Source of the DNA: the human T2T-CHM13v2.0 reference genome, Homo sapiens
DNA: 64,000 nt
Assembly (NCBI RefSeq): GCF_009914755.1
Contig: NC_060926.1
Strand: one strand, 5' to 3'
Within the stretch, counting starts at the first letter, position 1. Every line of letters starts with the position of its first letter. Below, in pieces: positions 61,915 to 64,000 of this stretch. Position numbers and translations under genes: made by a program. The notes below the pieces were generated by a model, which was given only the letters and a program-made list of their open reading frames with translations, did no database searches and had not been told where the DNA came from.

Positions 61915-62590
61915 TTTTTAATTGGGAAAATTCACACACCATAAAATTTACTCTTTTAAAGTAAACAATTTAGTGGTTTTCAGAATATTCACAAGACTGT
62001 ATAACCATCACTGCTGTTTAATTCCAGAACACTTTCATTAAGCCTCCAAAGAAACTCTTTATCCATGAGCAGGCACTCCTCATTTCTTCGCTCTCCCCAG
62101 GCCCTGGCAATCACTAACGTACTTTCTGTCACGATGGATTTGCCTATTCTAAACATTTCATGTAAATAGAAGCATACAGTATGTATTCTTTTCTGTTTGG
62201 CTTCTTTTACTTAGCATAGTGTTTTCAAGATTTATCCATATTGTAGCATGCATCAGTACTTCACTTCTTTCTATGGCAGAATAATATTTTATTATATGGC
62301 TACAACACATTTTGTTCATCCATTCATTAGCTGATGAACATTTGGGTTGTTTCCACTTTTTTGCTATTATGAATAATGCTGCTCTGAACATTTGTGTACA
62401 GGTTTTTCTATGGACATATGTTTTCAACTCTCTTGGGTATATACCTAGGAGTAAAATTGTTGGGTCATATGGTAACTCTATGTTTAACTTTTTAACTGTT
62501 CCAAAGTGGCTAACGTACTTTGCATCCCATCAGCAATGTATAAGAGCCCCAGTTTCTCTGCATCCTTGCCAACATTTGTTATTGTCCCAT
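61915..62590 (-). mobile_element. L1MB-type 3' end (ORF2 C-terminus and 3' UTR)
   Basis: ORF 62158-62427 KTCTQMFRAALFIIAKKWKQPKC resembles the L1 ORF2 C-terminus. Confidence 0.85.
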
Positions 62591-62753
62591 ATATCTTTTT
62601 ATACTAAGTTTTCCCCCCATTCTGAAAAAGAATTATCAGGGTTTCTGATGAAAACTACCCCAATGATGGCAGAATACGGTGCAAAGACCAAAGTCAACAA
62701 AGAGACTTCTCCAGGAAAGCAACAAAAATGAAACAGCCCCTCTGAGCACTTAC

Positions 62754-62817
62754 CTGCTGCAGGTCGGCAAGTGAATACAGGTGGATCTGTTGAAGGAGGT
62801 ATTCTCTGGGGAAAATT
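62754..62817 (-). CDS. PLEKHM3: PLEKHM3 internal coding exon (64 nt; A + 21 codons [21 protein letters not shown]), Rubicon-homology/DUF4206 domain
   Basis: Minus strand acceptor ccttgttttcag|A and donor CAG|gtaagt. The exon ends in phase 0, matching the next exon. The peptide matches my recollection of the PLEKHM3 C-terminus. Confidence 0.93.
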
Positions 62818-63059
62818 CTGAAAACAAGGGCAGATAGACAAGTGAACTGTGGTGCTGCCATAACACACATTTTTCTGATAAGTTTCAGTCTCATTCAAGA
62901 ATTCCTTTCCTCTGCCCTGTCCACTTTCCACCTATACTTCTCCTAAGCCCTCTGAGGAACCTGTAATATCTTTTTCTCAGATATTTTTCTTCCCAACACA
63001 GACACCAGAATGGAGGTAAAAGTTTGATCTTTGACTTCTAATGTAATCTTAAGTGCTAT

Positions 63060-63240
63060 AAGCACTGCGTGGTGGCCCAGGTCTGAGGACCAGAACATCA
63101 GTTTTCTTGTACCAGCTGTGTCCGTAATAAGCTGTGTGATCTCTGGCAAGTCCCCACATGCCCACCTGGCTTCAGCTTCTTCACAGCAGAATGAGGGTGG
63201 TTTAATGTGATGTCTCCAAATATCTTTCTAGCTGTATTTT
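63060..63240 (+). mobile_element. MIR SINE
   Basis: taagctgtgtgatctctggcaagtc...ttcagcttcttcacagcagaatgagg. Confidence 0.6.
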
Positions 63241-63879
63241 TCTATATCTAAATATATTGATCTTGGATTTCAGAAAAACTGGAGTGGCCACTCGTGTCTA
63301 GAGGCTTCTACGGCTTTCATTAATGAGGAGGAGTGATACTGAATATCATATTAATGAACTATCCTCTCATATGTACAGTGATGGCAATTTTAGAACCTCT
63401 GTACAAATGAGAATAATGGGACAAGATATTTTAAATTAGGACTCTTCAACAAAGTCCAGTATCTTTAGCTGCTGTCCGTTCACAGCATCTGGATAGATGA
63501 CAATGAATGAACAGACAAAAATAATCCGTTATGGGTAAGCAAACAGGTTACCAAAGTGTAGATGACTGGAAAACAACACACACACAAACTAAACCCAAAA
63601 CAAAATCCATGATACTAACATTTTTCTCTTTGTCTTATTTGGTACTATGCAATTTTCTTGTGTCTTAAATGAAAGAAACCACCAATTTATCCAATTCACA
63701 TTTATGACTATTCATTATATGCCAAGCACTATGCCAGGCACTAGGAAGACAGCCCAAGTATGAGGCCAAGGAGCATAAAGTCAAGTGAGGGAAAGACACA
63801 TAAGCTGATAAATACAATACAATGTGGTAATTGAAAATGATAAAGAGTTATGCATGGGGTCCATATTTTTTGAGTAGTC

Positions 63880-63985
63880 TAACATGGTGGATTCCAACCC
63901 TGGCTGTCTATTAGAATCACTTGGAGAGCTTTTAGAAAACCACAGGGTATATGCCTGGGTAGAGCCCATAAATCAGTATTAAAGA
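63880..63985. mobile_element. MER5A-like DNA transposon relic
   Basis: ccaaccctggctgtctattagaatcacttggagagctttt. Confidence 0.6.
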
Positions 63986-64000
63986 AAACAAAACAAAAAC

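Noticed and set aside
62599-62931. 110-aa ORF overlapping the 64-nt exon
   Set aside because: Wrong frame. The true frame is [21 protein letters not shown], fixed by splice phase.

Overview
Primate (human or great-ape) genomic DNA lying entirely inside the minus-strand gene PLEKHM3. Two short coding exons are present: 62754-62817 (64 nt, [21 protein letters not shown]) and 15332-15489 (158 nt, [10 protein letters not shown]...EDISTS-R). They are separated by a 47.3-kb GT-AG intron and encode part of the C-terminal Rubicon-homology (DUF4206) Cys-rich domain. The rest is intronic, with over 30 Alus, old L1 fragments, two MaLR solo LTRs, MIR/L2/hAT relics and microsatellites. Apart from the ORFs overlapping these two exons, the ORF track looks repeat-derived or random. 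I found no novel multi-gene system. The best leads are a ~970-bp processed retrocopy of an unidentified mRNA 3' end with a 20-bp target-site duplication (TSD) at 17113-18083, a young AluYk-like insertion, a duplication-with-deletion next to the 158-nt exon, a reconstituted 5' splice site at that exon's start, and a tail-to-tail inverted Alu pair sharing one target site. Repeat family calls come from recalled consensus motifs, and their boundaries are approximate.
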